Below, in pieces: positions 39,135-52,584 of a DNA stretch of 64,000 nucleotides (the first letter of the stretch is position 1; every line of letters begins with the position of its first letter). The notes under the pieces were generated by a model. It was not told the DNA's origin and ran no database searches. It saw nothing but the letters and a program-made list of their open reading frames with translations. This stretch comes from Negaprion brevirostris (lineage: Eukaryota). The stretch spans positions 89,833,210-89,897,209 of the forward strand of contig JARDVH010000001.1 of NCBI GenBank assembly GCA_030324005.1. The letters are read 5' to 3'. Both the position numbers and the translations under genes were made by a program.

Positions 39135-40250
39135 CGCAAAGGATCTTGGGAGCATTTGTGCATGAAAACACAAAGTTAGCACACAGGTGCAACAGGTAAT
39201 CAGGAAGGCTAATGGAATGTTGGTCCTTATTTCATAGGGGTTTGGAGTATAGAAGTAGGCAAGTCTTGCAAGGTGCAAGTGAGACCACACCTGGAGGTCT
39301 GAGAGCAGTTTTGGTCCCCTTTTTAAAGAAAGATATTATTTCATTAAAGGCAGTTCAAAAGAAGGTTCAGCCTGAAAGAATTGTCTTATGAGAACAGGTT
39401 AAACAGGCTGGGACTCTGCTCATTGGAATTTAGAAGAAAGGGAGGTGATCTCGTTGAAGTATATAGGATTCTTGAGGGGCCTGAGGTTCGATGCTGAGAG
39501 GACGTTTCCCCTGGTAGGAAAATTGAGAACCAGAGGGCATTCTCAGAATAAAGGGGCACCAATTTAAGACTGAGATAAGGAGGAATTTCTTCTGAGGGTT
39601 GAGGGCCTTTGGAATTCCTTGCCATAGAGAGCTGTGGGGCAGAGTCCTTGTGTGTATTTAAAGCTGAGATGGACAGATTTATTTGATTGGTAAGGGAATC
39701 GAGGGTTAAGAGAATAGGGCAGGAAAGTAGACATGAGGAATGTTGATTTGGCCATGATTTTGTTGAATGACAGAACAGCTTGAGGGTCTGAAGGCCTACT
39801 CCTGTTCCTATTTCTTATGGTTTTAGAGGTGACCTCTAAAATTTCTAAATTCCACAGAATATATAGACCCAGTTTAAAGGCTGAGTATATTCTTTGGAGT
39901 TTAGAAGGATGAGGTTTGATTTAAGATAACGAAGGAAGCTTGACAGATTAGGTACGGGGATATTGTTCTAAAAGAAGGGGGCACAGTTTCAGGATTAAAT
40001 TTGAGAGAGATGAGAAATATCTTCAACCAAAGGGTTGTAAACCTTTGAAATTCTCTGTCCCAGAGAGTTGTAGATGGTCCACCATCAATATTTAAGGTTG
40101 GGATCGATAAGGAGTTTTGATGTGGAGGATAATCAAGGATATGTGGAGCAGGTAGGAATGTGGATTTGACACGCAAGTTCAGCCACGACCTTATTGGATG
40201 GAGGTGCAGGCTCAATCATCCATATGGTCTGCTCCTACTTCTATTTCTTT
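39135..40250 (+). mobile_element. Two tandem CR1 3' fragments (39135-39822 and about 39860-40250)
   Basis: caggtaatcaggaaggctaatggaatgttg (QVIRKANGML), ttggaatttagaagaaagggaggtgatctc, and two cctactcctg-type tails. Confidence 0.8.
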
Positions 40251-41029
40251 TCGTGTGTCCCTTTTATGTCTGCTGGTTACTGACTCTCAACTGGAAATAG
40301 CATTTCTTGGTTGATGCATTAAAACTTCAGGTTGATTGAATGTTTGAAGATTGAGGGTTGTGTGGGTGAGCTTGTGGAAGTTAGTGTGAAAGAGTGTGTT
40401 ACCGAGGTGGTTCTGAGTAGAATATAGTTGAATGCAATGCAAATTGTGATAAAAGCTCCCTGAAAATAGTTTGAAGGCATGACTTCCAAACATCTTCACA
40501 TTAGTGGGCTGTGTATATTGGATGGGGTTTAAAAATTTGTTCTTTGGGTGTACACGACACTGTCACACCTGCAGCTGAGACTCAGATTCCCTGAGTAGGT
40601 GATGATGGGTCCACTCCTTGAACCACTGCAGTTTTTATGCTGGATGAAGAATGGCGATATGTGCAAGTCAGCATAGTGGGTGATTGAAAGCTATGACCTT
40701 CCCATGTTATTCCTGCTCTTGTCTGTCTTGAAAGAAGGTTGCAGGGTTAGAAAGATACTTTTGGAATTTTTTCCCGTACATCCTACAGAAGGATTGGACT
40801 TTGTACAAATTTAGTGTGCTTGTATTGGAGTAGCTGGACCACTGATCAAGTGAACTGCTTTATCTGGCTTGGTGTCACCGCTGTTTCAATTGCAGCTCCT
40901 TACCTGATGTGAGCTCTGTAAATGATGCAGCTGACTTACTGTGCCATGTTGTAGCATTGTGTTGATCTGGCTGGTCTAGATCACTGGTAACCTATGTTGA
41001 ATGGGCAAACTGTAAATGTGTTGCTGACA

Positions 41030-41367
41030 AGTATGGTGGCACAGTCGCACCTCAGTGCCAGAGAGCTGGGTTCAATTCTGGCCTTGAGTGAATATGTGAA
41101 GTTTGCACGTTCTCCTTGTGCCCACATGGGTTTCCTCCAGGCACTCTGGTTTCATTCCACAGTCCAAAGATATGCAAGGTTATTGACCATGTCAAATTGC
41201 CTCTTGGTGTCCAAAAATATGTTGGGTAAGTGGATTAGCCATGGTAAATGCATGGGGTTATGGGGATAGAGTGGGGGCCTGGGTGGGATGCTCTTTCAGA
41301 GTATTGGTGCAGAACCGATGGATTGAATGTCACCTTTCTGCACTGTAGGGATCCTATGGTTCTATGT
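41030..41367 (+). mobile_element. HE1-like SINE
   Basis: cagtgccagagagctgggttcaattc...tgggtttcctccagg..cacagtccaaagatatgcaagg. Confidence 0.75.
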
Positions 41368-42074
41368 TTTGAGGCTAGTTTGGACCTTAAAGAGATTCAT
41401 TGTTCAGCGCTTGGTGCAAATGTTACCCATCATTTTAGGAAACGCTTCTAGATGCAGAGGATGGGAGAAGTTTTGAATGAACTCAGGTAAACTGTAGATT
41501 TCAGATCTAAGAATTTATTATCTGAAGTTGTTTATGGATGTGGGTCAAAGATGGGGAAAAGAGTTGGGTAGATCAGTCATGATCTCGTTAAAGACTTGAG
41601 GTAGGCTAAATGGCCTACTGCTGTTCCTGTGATCCTGTTTGATTCCCTGGATACAATTGTCAGTGAACCATTCTACTGCTAATCTAATGCCAACCATAGT
41701 CATGGCTGAGACAGTAGGAGCTGCTTGGATAAGCTGCTTTCTGAAGTGTTGCGTTCTGATGGACCTCATAATCAACATTGTCTTCCTGTGTACAATATTA
41801 CTCCAGCAAAAGGAGAATCTTCAGAATGACACCCATTAATATCCATTTTGTTAGAGCTCCTTGGTGCCATACCTGATTAGGTTGAGCTTCGATCTTGAAG
41901 GGAATTACTCTCATCATGTATTGATTCTTGTGTCCATATTTGGATCAAGTTGCAACAAAATCTGGTGCTAAGTGGTTACGTCAAAGCCAAAACTGAGCAC
42001 TGTAAAGATGTGAGTAGACAATACCTACTAGGTATTGTTCTAATGTTGGCTGCTTTATTTGCTGTGCTCAGTTG

Positions 42075-42482
42075 ACAGAAGACCACTGAATTACAGGGTT
42101 CCAGATTCAAGTTATAATCCAGGGCTGGAGACCCAAAAATCAAGGCGGACACTTGGTACAGGAGCACAGCACTGTTTGGACATGGTGTTAAATAAAAGTC
42201 CCATCTGCCTCTTTGGATGGTTGTAAAAATTCCTATGGTGCTTCTTTAAATAAGAGCAGGGTAGCTATCCCCCAATATCTTGGTTAATATTCCTCAATCA
42301 ACATAAAAGTAGATTATCTGGTCATTATCACATTGCTGTTTAGTGGAGTTCGCTGTGCACAAATTGGCTGCTATGTTTCCTACATTACAACAGTGACAAC
42401 ACATCAGAAATACTTCATTGGCTGTGAAGAGCTTTGAGCTGCCTGGTAGCCTTGAAAAGCGCTCTTTAAATGCGTGTTTTTG
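42075..42482 (+). mobile_element. Near-full-length Deu-domain SINE (SacSINE1/AmnSINE1-related)
   Basis: gattatctggtcattatcacattgctgtt..ctgtgcacaaattggctgctatgtttcctacattacaacagtgac..tacttcattggctgt matches my recollection of the DeuSINE core. Confidence 0.7.
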
Positions 42483-44809
42483 TTGGCTGATTGGGTGAAG
42501 GTGAATCAAGCAAGAATTGGTCAGTTGGTTACACTTTTCCTGCATTTCAAGGGCGAGGCACACCTGGACAATTTTCCCCATTGTCCTGGTAGGTGTCAGC
42601 GTCATAACTGCACTGAAATAGCTAGGTCATTTAGACTGTGTGCAGAGGTGATCTTTGACTCTACATCTGGTATATTATCAGAGCCAACAGCTTTTGTTGT
42701 TTTCATTGCACCAACTGCCTCCTAACTTAATTGGCCAAGTCGTGCTGTCATCCGATGCCCAAATTGCTGCTGACTGGTCTGCGTGATGTTTCACTTCAAT
42801 TTCTGTCACAGTGGTTTTACAGCTTGTTGGCCTACTTTGGGCCATTAAGAGCCAGCCACCTAATGTGGGAGTGGAATCAAGTGTAGGTCAGGCTGGTTGA
42901 GGATGGTAAGTTCTCTTTATTTGGAGAATAATTAGCACTGTGCAAAAGAGGAAATGGGTATTCTGTCAACTGTCAAAATGATTGAAGGTTTCACTACAGG
43001 TTGCCTTTTAAGTGCTACCTTCTACTAAATAGATAATGTGGATTTAGAAAATATAGGTAGGCTTTTAAGCATTGGGAATATTTTCTCTGAAGACAACAGC
43101 AAGTCTCATGTTGGGTTGAGTAATAGCGAATGTTAAGGAGCTTGCATGTTTTCCAAAGGATTAAACAGCCAACTGGTGATGATACTTGATTACTTGTCTG
43201 CAATCTTGCATAACTCTGAAACATCAAATACTCAGCAGTGTCCGCTGCTTGCTTAAACTGCAGCAAAGTAAGTTTTTTGTTTAAATCAAAAATGTTGATA
43301 ATTTAGAGTGCAGAATTGCAGCAGGTTAAATTCTTAATGCAGATAGTTGTTAATTTCACACACAGATTTAAACTTCATTGCAGACTAAGCATTCTCTTTT
43401 ATGCTGGAGGTTTCTCATCAATTTTGAAGTAAATGTTCGAACTTTATCAAATGGATGTGCAAGCACTTTTAGAGAGGGAAAGGAAGGGAATGAATACAAA
43501 ATAACTGGCTTACATTGTTGATAGTGGGGTTCCAGAGATTAGTCCCATGTGTAAAAGGCACACGACTGAATATTTTAATGTTTAATCAGAGCGCAGCTGA
43601 GTCATGTATCTAAATCTCTCGGCGCTTTCACTAGAGAGTCAAGTGGTATTTATGGAAAATTCACGTGATTATTGACGTAAGGACACTTTGGGTTAATCTT
43701 CCAAGTTTGGATATCTGTTCATTGACAAAACTGCATTTACCATCAACTTATAATTTAAATGAGAAGTATTTTTATTTTAAAAACCTCCGTCTATAAAATA
43801 TATATGTGCAAACTATTTAGTAACTCTTTATTTAACCAACCCTGCAGCATGCAATGTTTATAACTGATTTCAAAATATTTATATGCCTTGAGGGGAAATA
43901 CTGTTTCTATTTGGTCGTGCTTAAAGTTCATGAATAACTAGAAATAGAAAGTAAAGAGGAATATGTACATCTGCAGTTTGGATTTGGAAAGGGATGAAAA
44001 CAATTTTCTTAAAAAATTGAAGGGCTGGGACTAAAAGAGACAATTGGGGGGGGGAAAAGAGAATGTAGTCAGTATTCTTGGCAAAATCACTGATTATACT
44101 GCAGATCATGGATATGTTAATTAAATATTTTCGATTTCCAAATGTGCCTTTCTCCTGGCCATTTTACTGCTATGGTGATGTTTGCCATACTGGATATGGT
44201 TTTAAAGGCACTTGCTTGCCAGCCCCTAGGACTTGGCTAAAATATACATTACGGAGTATTAATCAGTCAGCAGGATATTTCACACGGGGGGGAGGGGAAT
44301 GTTACCTATGATGTTCAACTGAACGAGAGACACTTCACAAAAAAAATTCTAGTATTTGTTGCTTCTCTTCCNNNNNNNNNNNNNNNNNNNNNNNNNNNNN
44401 NNNNNNNNNNNNNNNNNNNNNNNNNNNNNNNNNNNNNNNNNNNNNNNNNNNNNNNNNNNNNNNNNNNNNNNNNNNNNNNNNNNNNNNNNNNNNNNNNNNN
44501 NNNNNNNNNNNNNNNNNNNNNNNNNNNNNNNNNTTCGAATTACGTTCGCGGGTTGATACTGAACCTGTTATCCAACTGGCTCAGAATCCTATATTAGTGA
44601 TGTAATCTAGGGGCTTCCTAGCCTGCGAAGCTGAACTGCTGATTGAAGAAACTGTTGTTGGGTACTGCAGATTTAGGGTTTATCCCTGTGTATTTCTTGC
44701 TTTTATTTTCCTGCACTTTTCTGTATTTTGTTAGTGTAATCTCCTACTTGGCAACACTGTCATTGATTTTTCTCATACCTCTCGTCAGTCACCCAGTCTT
44801 GGACAAGGA

Positions 44810-45490
44810 GAAATTTTCTCCCAACTAAACATCAGGAAAGCCAAAGCCATTGCCTTTTGTCCCTCCCTCAAATTCCATTCTCTCAACGCCAGCACTGGAA
44901 ATCTCCCTGTTCACTATCTGAGGCTGAACCAGATGATTCATAATTCTAACATCCTATTTGACCTTGATGGGCTTCCGACCACACATCTGCTCCACTTCTC
45001 ATAAATTCAAGCTTATCAAAAACTCAGCTGCCCTTATTTGATATCGCACCAAGTCCTTTTCATCCTTTGCTTGCTGATCCACGATGGTCAAATCCATCAG
45101 TGCCTCAATTTTAAGGCTCTCAGCATTCCCTATCTCCGTTACTTTCTCAGCCCCATAATTCTCTAAGATCCCTGCACCTCCTCCAGTTCTGGCCCCTCGT
45201 GTGTCATCAGTTTTAATTGCTGCATTATTGGCCATGCCTTCAGCTGCCTGGATCCTATTGTCTGGACTTCCCACCCTCAACCTCTTGGTCTCTCTACCTC
45301 TCTCCTTGAAGATGCTCCTTAAGCTCATATCTTTAACCAGGTTTTTGGTCACCAGTGTCAATAATGCCATAATGTGGTCTGATAATAGCTTGGTGTTTGG
45401 TAGCATTGTTGTGAAGTGCCTGATTGTGTGGCAAGCAAAATTGAGACACGTGGGAAATATTAATATATTAAAGGTGCTATATAATTGTTC
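44810..45490 (+). mobile_element. L2-like LINE 3' portion
   Basis: ctaaacatcaggaaagccaaag (LNI.K.K-like), caaaactcagctgcc (QNSAA) and the L2-type tail ctccttaagctcatatctttaaccaggtttttggtcacc. Confidence 0.65.
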
Positions 45491-45998
45491 TATTTGGAAT
45501 TTGTGGAAACAAGATTTGACAGTGGCACTGAGATTCATCAAGTCAAAAACTTCTTGAAGATTCTTTTGCCCTTTCTTGAAAACCTAAGTACTTTTTAAAC
45601 ATGATTTGAATTTGTTTTACTTTTGTCATTAGGCTTGCTGAAGAGAGTTGTGTAATCACATCTGTGATCATTGTTGCAGGAACAGCTGTTGTCTCAAAGT
45701 GGGATCTGCTGTCCTATTCAGCTGGAAGTCTAAAGTTACAATCCTCCAATATATTTGATAGAAGAATTTAAGAAAATATATTGCAGAAAATATTTGAAGT
45801 CTTGATTTGCAAGCAAGTGTTCCCTTGATGTTTGTTTAAGTGGGGTAATTAGGACTCTATTCCCCAGTATTGGAATGGTCCTCATCGGCAGGAACTGTTT
45901 GTATTCAGCAATGTAGATGTGGTTTTCTCTTGCTCCCCTCTTATTCCTGGCAAACTGTATATGTTCTTGCATCCCCATGCATTCACTCTCTTTTTTAT

Positions 45999-46082
45999 TC
46001 TCTCTCTCTCTCTCTCTCGCGCACTCTCTTTCTCGCTCGTCCTCGCCTTCTCTCGCACGTGTGGTCTGTCTGTCTGTCTGTC
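45999..46082 (+). repeat. Compound (TC)n/(TCTG)n microsatellite
   Basis: About ten TC units from 45999, degenerate CT/CG units, then tctgtctgtctgtctgtc. Confidence 0.85.
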
Positions 46083-46911
46083 ACATTGAAAATGAAGTAT
46101 TTGTATGCTAAAGGATGCTTGTTGCATTAATGGACTATATCATTAATTTGAAGCCTTATTTTGACTGTGATGGTGTGTTTGAGCTCATTAACTGATGAGG
46201 CCACTTGTATACTGCAGCCTGAGATACTGGTATAACACTAATAAAATGGTTATCGTATGAAACAAAGTATTTTCTTATGAATGTCATAACTTAGTGAATC
46301 AATGTGTGTGCCTTGGCTGAATCTGCTGCACAGTAATTGCTGTTTCTTAGCAAGCTGCCATGTATGCAGAATTGATGAGAACATCAAGAGCCGTGAGTGT
46401 GCAATGAACGTCTCCTCGGGATATTTCATGAAACATCACCACCGGCTTTTTACTAACCTGTGAATACTACTTGTAGATCATTTTTAGTTTTTGCTGTCTC
46501 CGTTGGGTCAAATCAGAAAATTGTAATTCCATCAACACAGTCCACATTGTTTTGCTCTGTCCATTGTCACTGGGGCAGGTTTGTTTCTTCTAGGAGTTGG
46601 TTACACTTATTTTTATATTTACTGCTGGATCTTTCAAGCCATATTGTTGCCAACATTTATAGAAATGTGTCATGATGTAATTACACTCCTATGTCAGTGG
46701 TAGCGATGCGCTGGACAATTGAATGTCAAATTCAAGCTCCAGATTCTGGGAGAAGCTGAGGCTTTCGAGCAAAAAAGCAAGTCTACCTCTCAGATTGGGC
46801 AAACATTTTACTATTTAATATAAAATTGATATTTATTGTCTACTAACAATGTTTGAATGATTTGAGGATTCCAGAGGTATCATTCCTGAAGGTGATGCAA
46901 TGTAATGTGTG

Positions 46912-47008
46912 GGCTTTGACAAAGGGTCATCTGGACCAGGTCAGCTCTTCTCTCTCTTTACAGATGCTGCCAGACCTGCTGGGATTTTCCAGCATTTTCT
47001 CTTTTGGT
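46912..47008 (+). mobile_element. Penelope-like fragment
   Basis: tttgacaaagggtcatctggac...ttacagatgctgccagacctgctgggattttccagcattttctc. Confidence 0.6.
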
Positions 47009-47110
47009 AATAATATGTGATGCCTTGAATATATTGCAGAGGGGTCTAAATGTTTGCATAACTATCAATCACCTCTTTATCTGACCTCATGATGCGGCTT
47101 CTTGTACTTA

Positions 47111-47124
47111 CCACCAGATGGTAG
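47111..47124 (+). promoter_or_regulatory. Candidate CTCF core motif
   Basis: CCACCAGATGGTAG differs from the CCASYAGRKGGCRS consensus at one position. Motif match only. Confidence 0.3.
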
Positions 47125-47619
47125 TAAAACCAACTTATTTACTGGAGCGTGCCAGCCATCTTTGTGAAGGTTAATTAAATTGGTCCAAACTAATGGCCCA
47201 GACATCAGATATGTTTACTATCTTGGAATAAACTGCGTGGCTTTGCCGAAAGAAAGCGAGTCCACGTATTCCATGAATGTCAGGAATCTCTCTGAAGCAT
47301 CAAACTGAAATAAAACCAGAAAATCAATTGGAATGAACGAAAAGATTTTGAGAGTCAGCAAGTAACCTGAACTCCCATTCATAACTTGCTTACCGTCCTG
47401 CATTGACTCAAATGCACATTCATTCACTGTTGTCTAGAACTCTTCTCCCAACCCAGATACTGACTTCCAGTCCCTTCCCCAAACCATCTACTGGCTGCAT
47501 TTCGCCCTTGCAGCCCTGCTCCAAATATTTACCTGGTTTCCTGTTTTAAAAGAGAAAACAATGGCTGTTTCCTCAGCCTCTGTGTGGCAAAGCATTATAA
47601 TCTTCCAGTGACCCTTTTC

Positions 47620-47955
47620 AACAACAACACCCTCAATGTATTAAAGTACTCCAAGGTACCTCAGAGGCATTACAGATGTACCACTGAGCCTAATGTGGAG
47701 ATCCTAAGAAAGGTGACTAAAATCTTAGGTTAATGAGGTAGAGAAGAGAGAGAGGGTTGTTTAGGGAGGAATTCCAGAACTTGGGACCTGGCAGCTATAG
47801 GCAGGTTCTAAATCGCTCCACTGGTGGAGCGATTTAGAACCACCGGATGTGTGAGCATTTAATGTCAGGTTTGTAGGACTGGAGGAGATTAGGAATAGGG
47901 AGGGGCAAGGATTCAAAATCATTGAGAACATTAAAACTTAAAATGAGGCATTTCT
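47620..47955 (-). mobile_element. L2-like LINE 3' fragment containing a perfect palindrome
   Basis: Reverse complement of the L2-type tail seen at 18040 and 45200 (ttagggaggaattccagaacttgggacctggcagct). Confidence 0.55.
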
Positions 47956-48354
47956 TTCCCTCTGCCAATCTGGCTCTTCTTTGCTCCTTGCTATTTGTGA
48001 AAGCCTCTAATTTGATCATCCTGACCCTTATAGCACCCACAATGTCATGTCTGCTCTGAGTAGTTGTACACCCCTGGACCCTCAGCGGATGACCATACTA
48101 AACTCTGAGGTGGAGCCCCAATTCACCGCTAGGGACATTGCTCATAAACCTCCAAACTCTCAAAATGCTACTTCCAGCATTGCCCTGAGTGCTGTGTATC
48201 CAGGTTAAAGATTGAATGCACAGAGGGAAGAGTCAAAGTGTTTGATTTAGATTTCAGAGTATGCAAAGCCCAAAGTTTTGGTCACGATGCCATGTATTTA
48301 AAAGAAAAAAGATTTGTTGAAGCCATTGTAATGACTACATGCCATGTATCTTTA

Positions 48355-48890
48355 CTTAGAGTGGTTGGGGTGTGGAATGCACTGCTTGCTGTGATAGTGG
48401 AGTCGGACACTTTAGGAACTTTAAAGCAGTTGTTGAATAGGCACATGGAGCACACCAGAATGATAGGGAGTGGGATAGCTTGATCTTGGGTTCAAACATA
48501 GCTTGGCATAACATTAGGGGCCAAAGGTCCTGTACTGTGCTGTACAGTCCTATGTTCTATGTTCGTCACATAGCATGGGCGGCACAGCGCTTAGCACTGC
48601 TGCCTTTCAGCTCCAGGGACCTGGGTTCGATTCCCCGCTTGAGTCACTGTGTGTCATTCTCCCTGTGTCTGTAGGGTTTCCCCTGGGTGCTCCGGTTTCC
48701 TCCCAGTCTCAAGATGTATGGATTAGGTGGATTGGCCATGCTAAAATTGCCCCTTAGTGTCCCGGAATGCATAGGTTAGAGGGATTAGTGGGCTAAAGTG
48801 TGGGTTATGGGGATAGGGCGTGGGGGGATTGTTTCATTGCAGACTTGATGGGCCAAATAGCCACCACCTGCACTGTGGGGATTCTGTGAA
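48355..48890 (+). mobile_element. CR1 3' tail (48355-48565) followed by an HE1-like SINE (48577-48890)
   Basis: agagtggttggggtgtggaatgcactgc (RVVGVWNAL)...ctatgttctatgttc, then gggcggcacagcgcttagcactgctgcctttcagctccagggacctgggttcgattcccc. Confidence 0.8.
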
Positions 48891-50419
48891 GCATAACATG
48901 AGTTATAGTTGGGTTTCTGTTGCTGATTTTAAAGATTGATTTTCTGAATGTGTTCAGATTTTTATTTTTGCGATCAATTTAGTGGAATACATGTTGGGGA
49001 AGTTACCAAACGGTAATTCAGAGCTTTGGAAAAAACGGTTTAAGTCAGTAAGCCTGTTGCAATTTTGAATACCACAAAACCTTAAAGTGAGCATGAGACT
49101 AAAAGTACCATTCAGTCAAAATGATAGCCAGTACAATTCCATTAACGTCTGGTAATTCCAAAGCTTTTGCCAAGCATATTCTCCCAGGATTTGTTCAGAA
49201 TTAGAGACTTTTTTAAAGAGCTGTGGTATTGGATCACTTGACATTTTCTGTTCAATCTTCTCACCCTAACTGAATGAGTTTCCAATCATTAGGTAAGGCT
49301 TCCTTACGCAGCTTTACTGGTTATTGGATTTTCGCATTATGTTCCCAACATACGGCAGTACCTTTCACGTTTAATGATTTGCCAATGGGTTTGTCTGGAT
49401 GTGACCAATCCCACGCGAAAAAGTCTAAAGAAAACATCTACCCTCAATAAATAATGTCACCCAGCCTTGATTTTCATGGGGTGAGACCATTGACTATAAT
49501 TGTGAAGTTAATGCTTGGTTGCAGCCAGCTGGCTGGCCATCAGCTGCAGTCATGACTGTTTTTAAACCGGTGTCGTTTGTGGTAGGCGCCGTTCACAATG
49601 ACCGACTCATTCCCAAATCCTATCCCTGAAGAAAACAAATTATCTAAGATTCTAAAGTGCCATGAAGCCACTGATCCAGTTCCAATGCTGCCTTCCTGTG
49701 AGCTCCCTGGACTGCTAGGCAACGCTAATAAATCAGTGCAATACCATTTAGAAAAGATAATGTGTACTGATTCAAATCAACAGAGAACTGAAATGGACAG
49801 CAACTTTACCCTGCTTCCAGAAGGTTGTTGGAAAATAGTGTACTTACTACTGAATTGCCATGAATGATTCTCCACTCCATACATCTATCAGGTGCAACAC
49901 GTTAATAAGCTCAACAAATGAGTTTGGACCAGATCGCTGCTGATGCTAGCAGTACGATAATCATGGTGTAAGCTGGCACAAGTTAATCTGTTGGGCATGA
50001 GTTGTGTACAAAACCACAGTGGAGTTGGTTCAGTCTGACTCATTGCTTAGGTGAAGAACTATGGTTTTGGGATCACACCCTCAGGGTCTTGGTTTCAGAG
50101 AGTGTATCAATCTACACCACTGACTGCTAACTTTTCAGAATTTTCCAGTTCCCTGGTGTGCTGTTGATGTCATTGGGCATAAGGTTTATTTCAGGAAGAG
50201 AGAATCCGTCTTCCTGCAGAATTGGCCAGATGTTGTTCACTGGTGATCCATCATCCCAAAAAAATCGGGGAAACTGTTGGAGGAAAGTTGATTTGAAAGA
50301 CCTTCTATGTGCAGTGCTACTGTGTAGGATTCTCTATTTGAATCATATTAAGGATACTAGGACTTGACATTAGTTCATACTTGGATCCTTAAATCAGTGC
50401 ACTTAACATCTTTTCATCA

Positions 50420-50550
50420 TCATAGAATCCCTACAGTGTAGGAGGAGGTCATTTGACCCATCGAGTATGGACTAACCACAATCCCACCCGTGCCCCATCC
50501 CCTATCTCATGTACTTGCCTTACTAATCCCCTGACACTAAGGGGCAATTA
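50420..50550 (-). mobile_element. HE1-like SINE 3' fragment
   Basis: catagaatccctacagtgtaggaggaggtcatttgacccatcgag...ctaatcccctgacactaaggggcaatt. Confidence 0.7.
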
Positions 50551-50759
50551 TTAAATACCCAAAAAAAATTTCTGCATGATTAGTATGTTATCACATGAAG
50601 TGTGGGCATTTGGTTGTGTTTTTTTTTGCGGGAAGGTGCAAGTTAGGATAAGAGGCAGAACAAATTAAGGAGAAATTTAACTTTTCTAAGCTTTACTGGG
50701 TGTTTGAAGGGCTGGGTTGATAGGTTGCTTGTGTGCTTTCTCTGATGCCGTGACTTTGT

Positions 50760-51125
50760 CTCTAGACGTTCCTAATTAAAAGTTCTTGGCGTTGGGTAGC
50801 TCCTTAAATGAATCTCCTCCATTTGATCAGTCACAAGCGGAGATGTTTGTGATTTATTCAGGAAAGCTTTGAGGAATAAACGTTGGCAGTGTTGAATAAG
50901 TCCCGGTGTTTGGACCATGGGTGTTGAGGTCTTCTGCTTGTCTTGCTGGTGAAGCAGAGTGTTGGCTATGACAAGGTTGTGGCCTTGCCGGTTGAGTGGA
51001 GAAGGATACTGTGAGTTTGCCTTTCATACGACTTTGCCCATCATACCCTTTCAGAGATTCTTACCTTTCCTGACTCTGGTATTGAAATCTCCAAAGAGGA
51101 TTGGTTTGTGAGTTCACTGCACCTG
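50760..51125 (-). mobile_element. RTE-like endonuclease fragment
   Basis: Minus strand reads ILFGDFNTRVRK (GDFN motif) and a HPWSKH-like stretch, similar to the 31710-33100 element. Confidence 0.55.
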
Positions 51126-51850
51126 AAGGAGAAACCAGCGTGTGTATATTTCTTCAGCCCGCCCTTAAACTTCGGCGTTCAAGGTTGAATGGTTGGAAAT
51201 AGAGAGGTCGGGAAGGGGATTGTAATCAGACAAAGTACTGGGGGTATTTTTAACAGCCATGCCAGCTCAGAAAAGCTCCATGAGTATAAAAATAATATTT
51301 AATAAGGTATCAGAGCAGAGTGGTCTGATTTATCTCAACATTTTTAATGATTTTATCAGACTGGAATAGTAGCAAAATGTAAATGGACATGGTGGGCGTA
51401 ACTTGGCACTGATTTCCTGCCTGAGGCACACCCTTTAAGTTTGGAGTGGGCCATGATTTAAATAGCTAGCTGTCCTGCTGATTTCAGCAGAAGTTTCATG
51501 CATGTATTTGAAATGAATCTTGTGATTTAGTGCAATTTTGGGCTGCGCTATACACTAGGATTCCAATGTAGAACATTTATTAAGATTATTTAAGATTCCT
51601 CCTTTTTTCCTGTTTGCCTTTGTTGTCCTTTGCTTGTAAATATCATGTACTTATTGTTGCAAGCAAATAATGAACATATCAGATAAATTAAAACATCCAT
51701 TATGGATCAGTTTTGTTTTGGGTGGGTTTTGATTGGTTGACATTTCATTTTGACAGCCTAAAGCAAAACATTTATTTGGACAGTCTGAAAGATGCCAGTA
51801 TTGTTCAAACTTTGCTATGAATCTTCATTGTTTATTTTTCTACCTTTTAG

Positions 51851-51946
<96 letters not shown>

Positions 51947-52584
51947 TAAATCTGGCCTATTCCATATTGAACAAATGTTTGCATCCCTTCACCTGCCACT
52001 ACTTGGTAATTTTAACAAATGTTTCATGATATTTCTGCCCTTAAACCTTTGCATTTCTGCACTCCAGATTCATAAATGGTGTATGTTTCAATGCACTCTG
52101 CTTTGCGACCCTTTCCTCTTATAGAATNNNNNNNNNNCATCCAGCCTGCACTGAGTGCAATTCCACCCAGGCCCTGTTCACATAACCCCATACATTTACC
52201 CTGTTAATCCCCAGATGAGGGTCAATTTAGCATCACCAACCTCTCTACTGAAGGAGGCAGACTTCTCGTGCTTAGTCTACTAGTGTTGGCAACCCTCCAT
52301 ATCCGTGCATAATTGAATGAGCCATTATTGAATCCATCAAAAAAAGTGAGATCAAATTGATCACGGATGATATCAGTACCAATAATGAACTTGTATTCTC
52401 TCTGGTGAATGACTTGAGCGTTCCCAAACGTTGGGGGAAGCTAATCCAGGCTGCCAGTCACTGATGTGTGTCATCAACTCAGGACTCAGTCTGGCACACC
52501 ACACTGGAGTCGCCAGCTAATCCACGTGAAGGAGAGCCGGGGCTGGGAGCACAGTAGGCAGCCCATAACCAGTGACTCTCGCAT

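Noticed and set aside
44999-45557. 180-aa and 118-aa overlapping ORFs as a nested gene
   Set aside because: They lie within an L2-like LINE 3' fragment homologous to other copies in the window.
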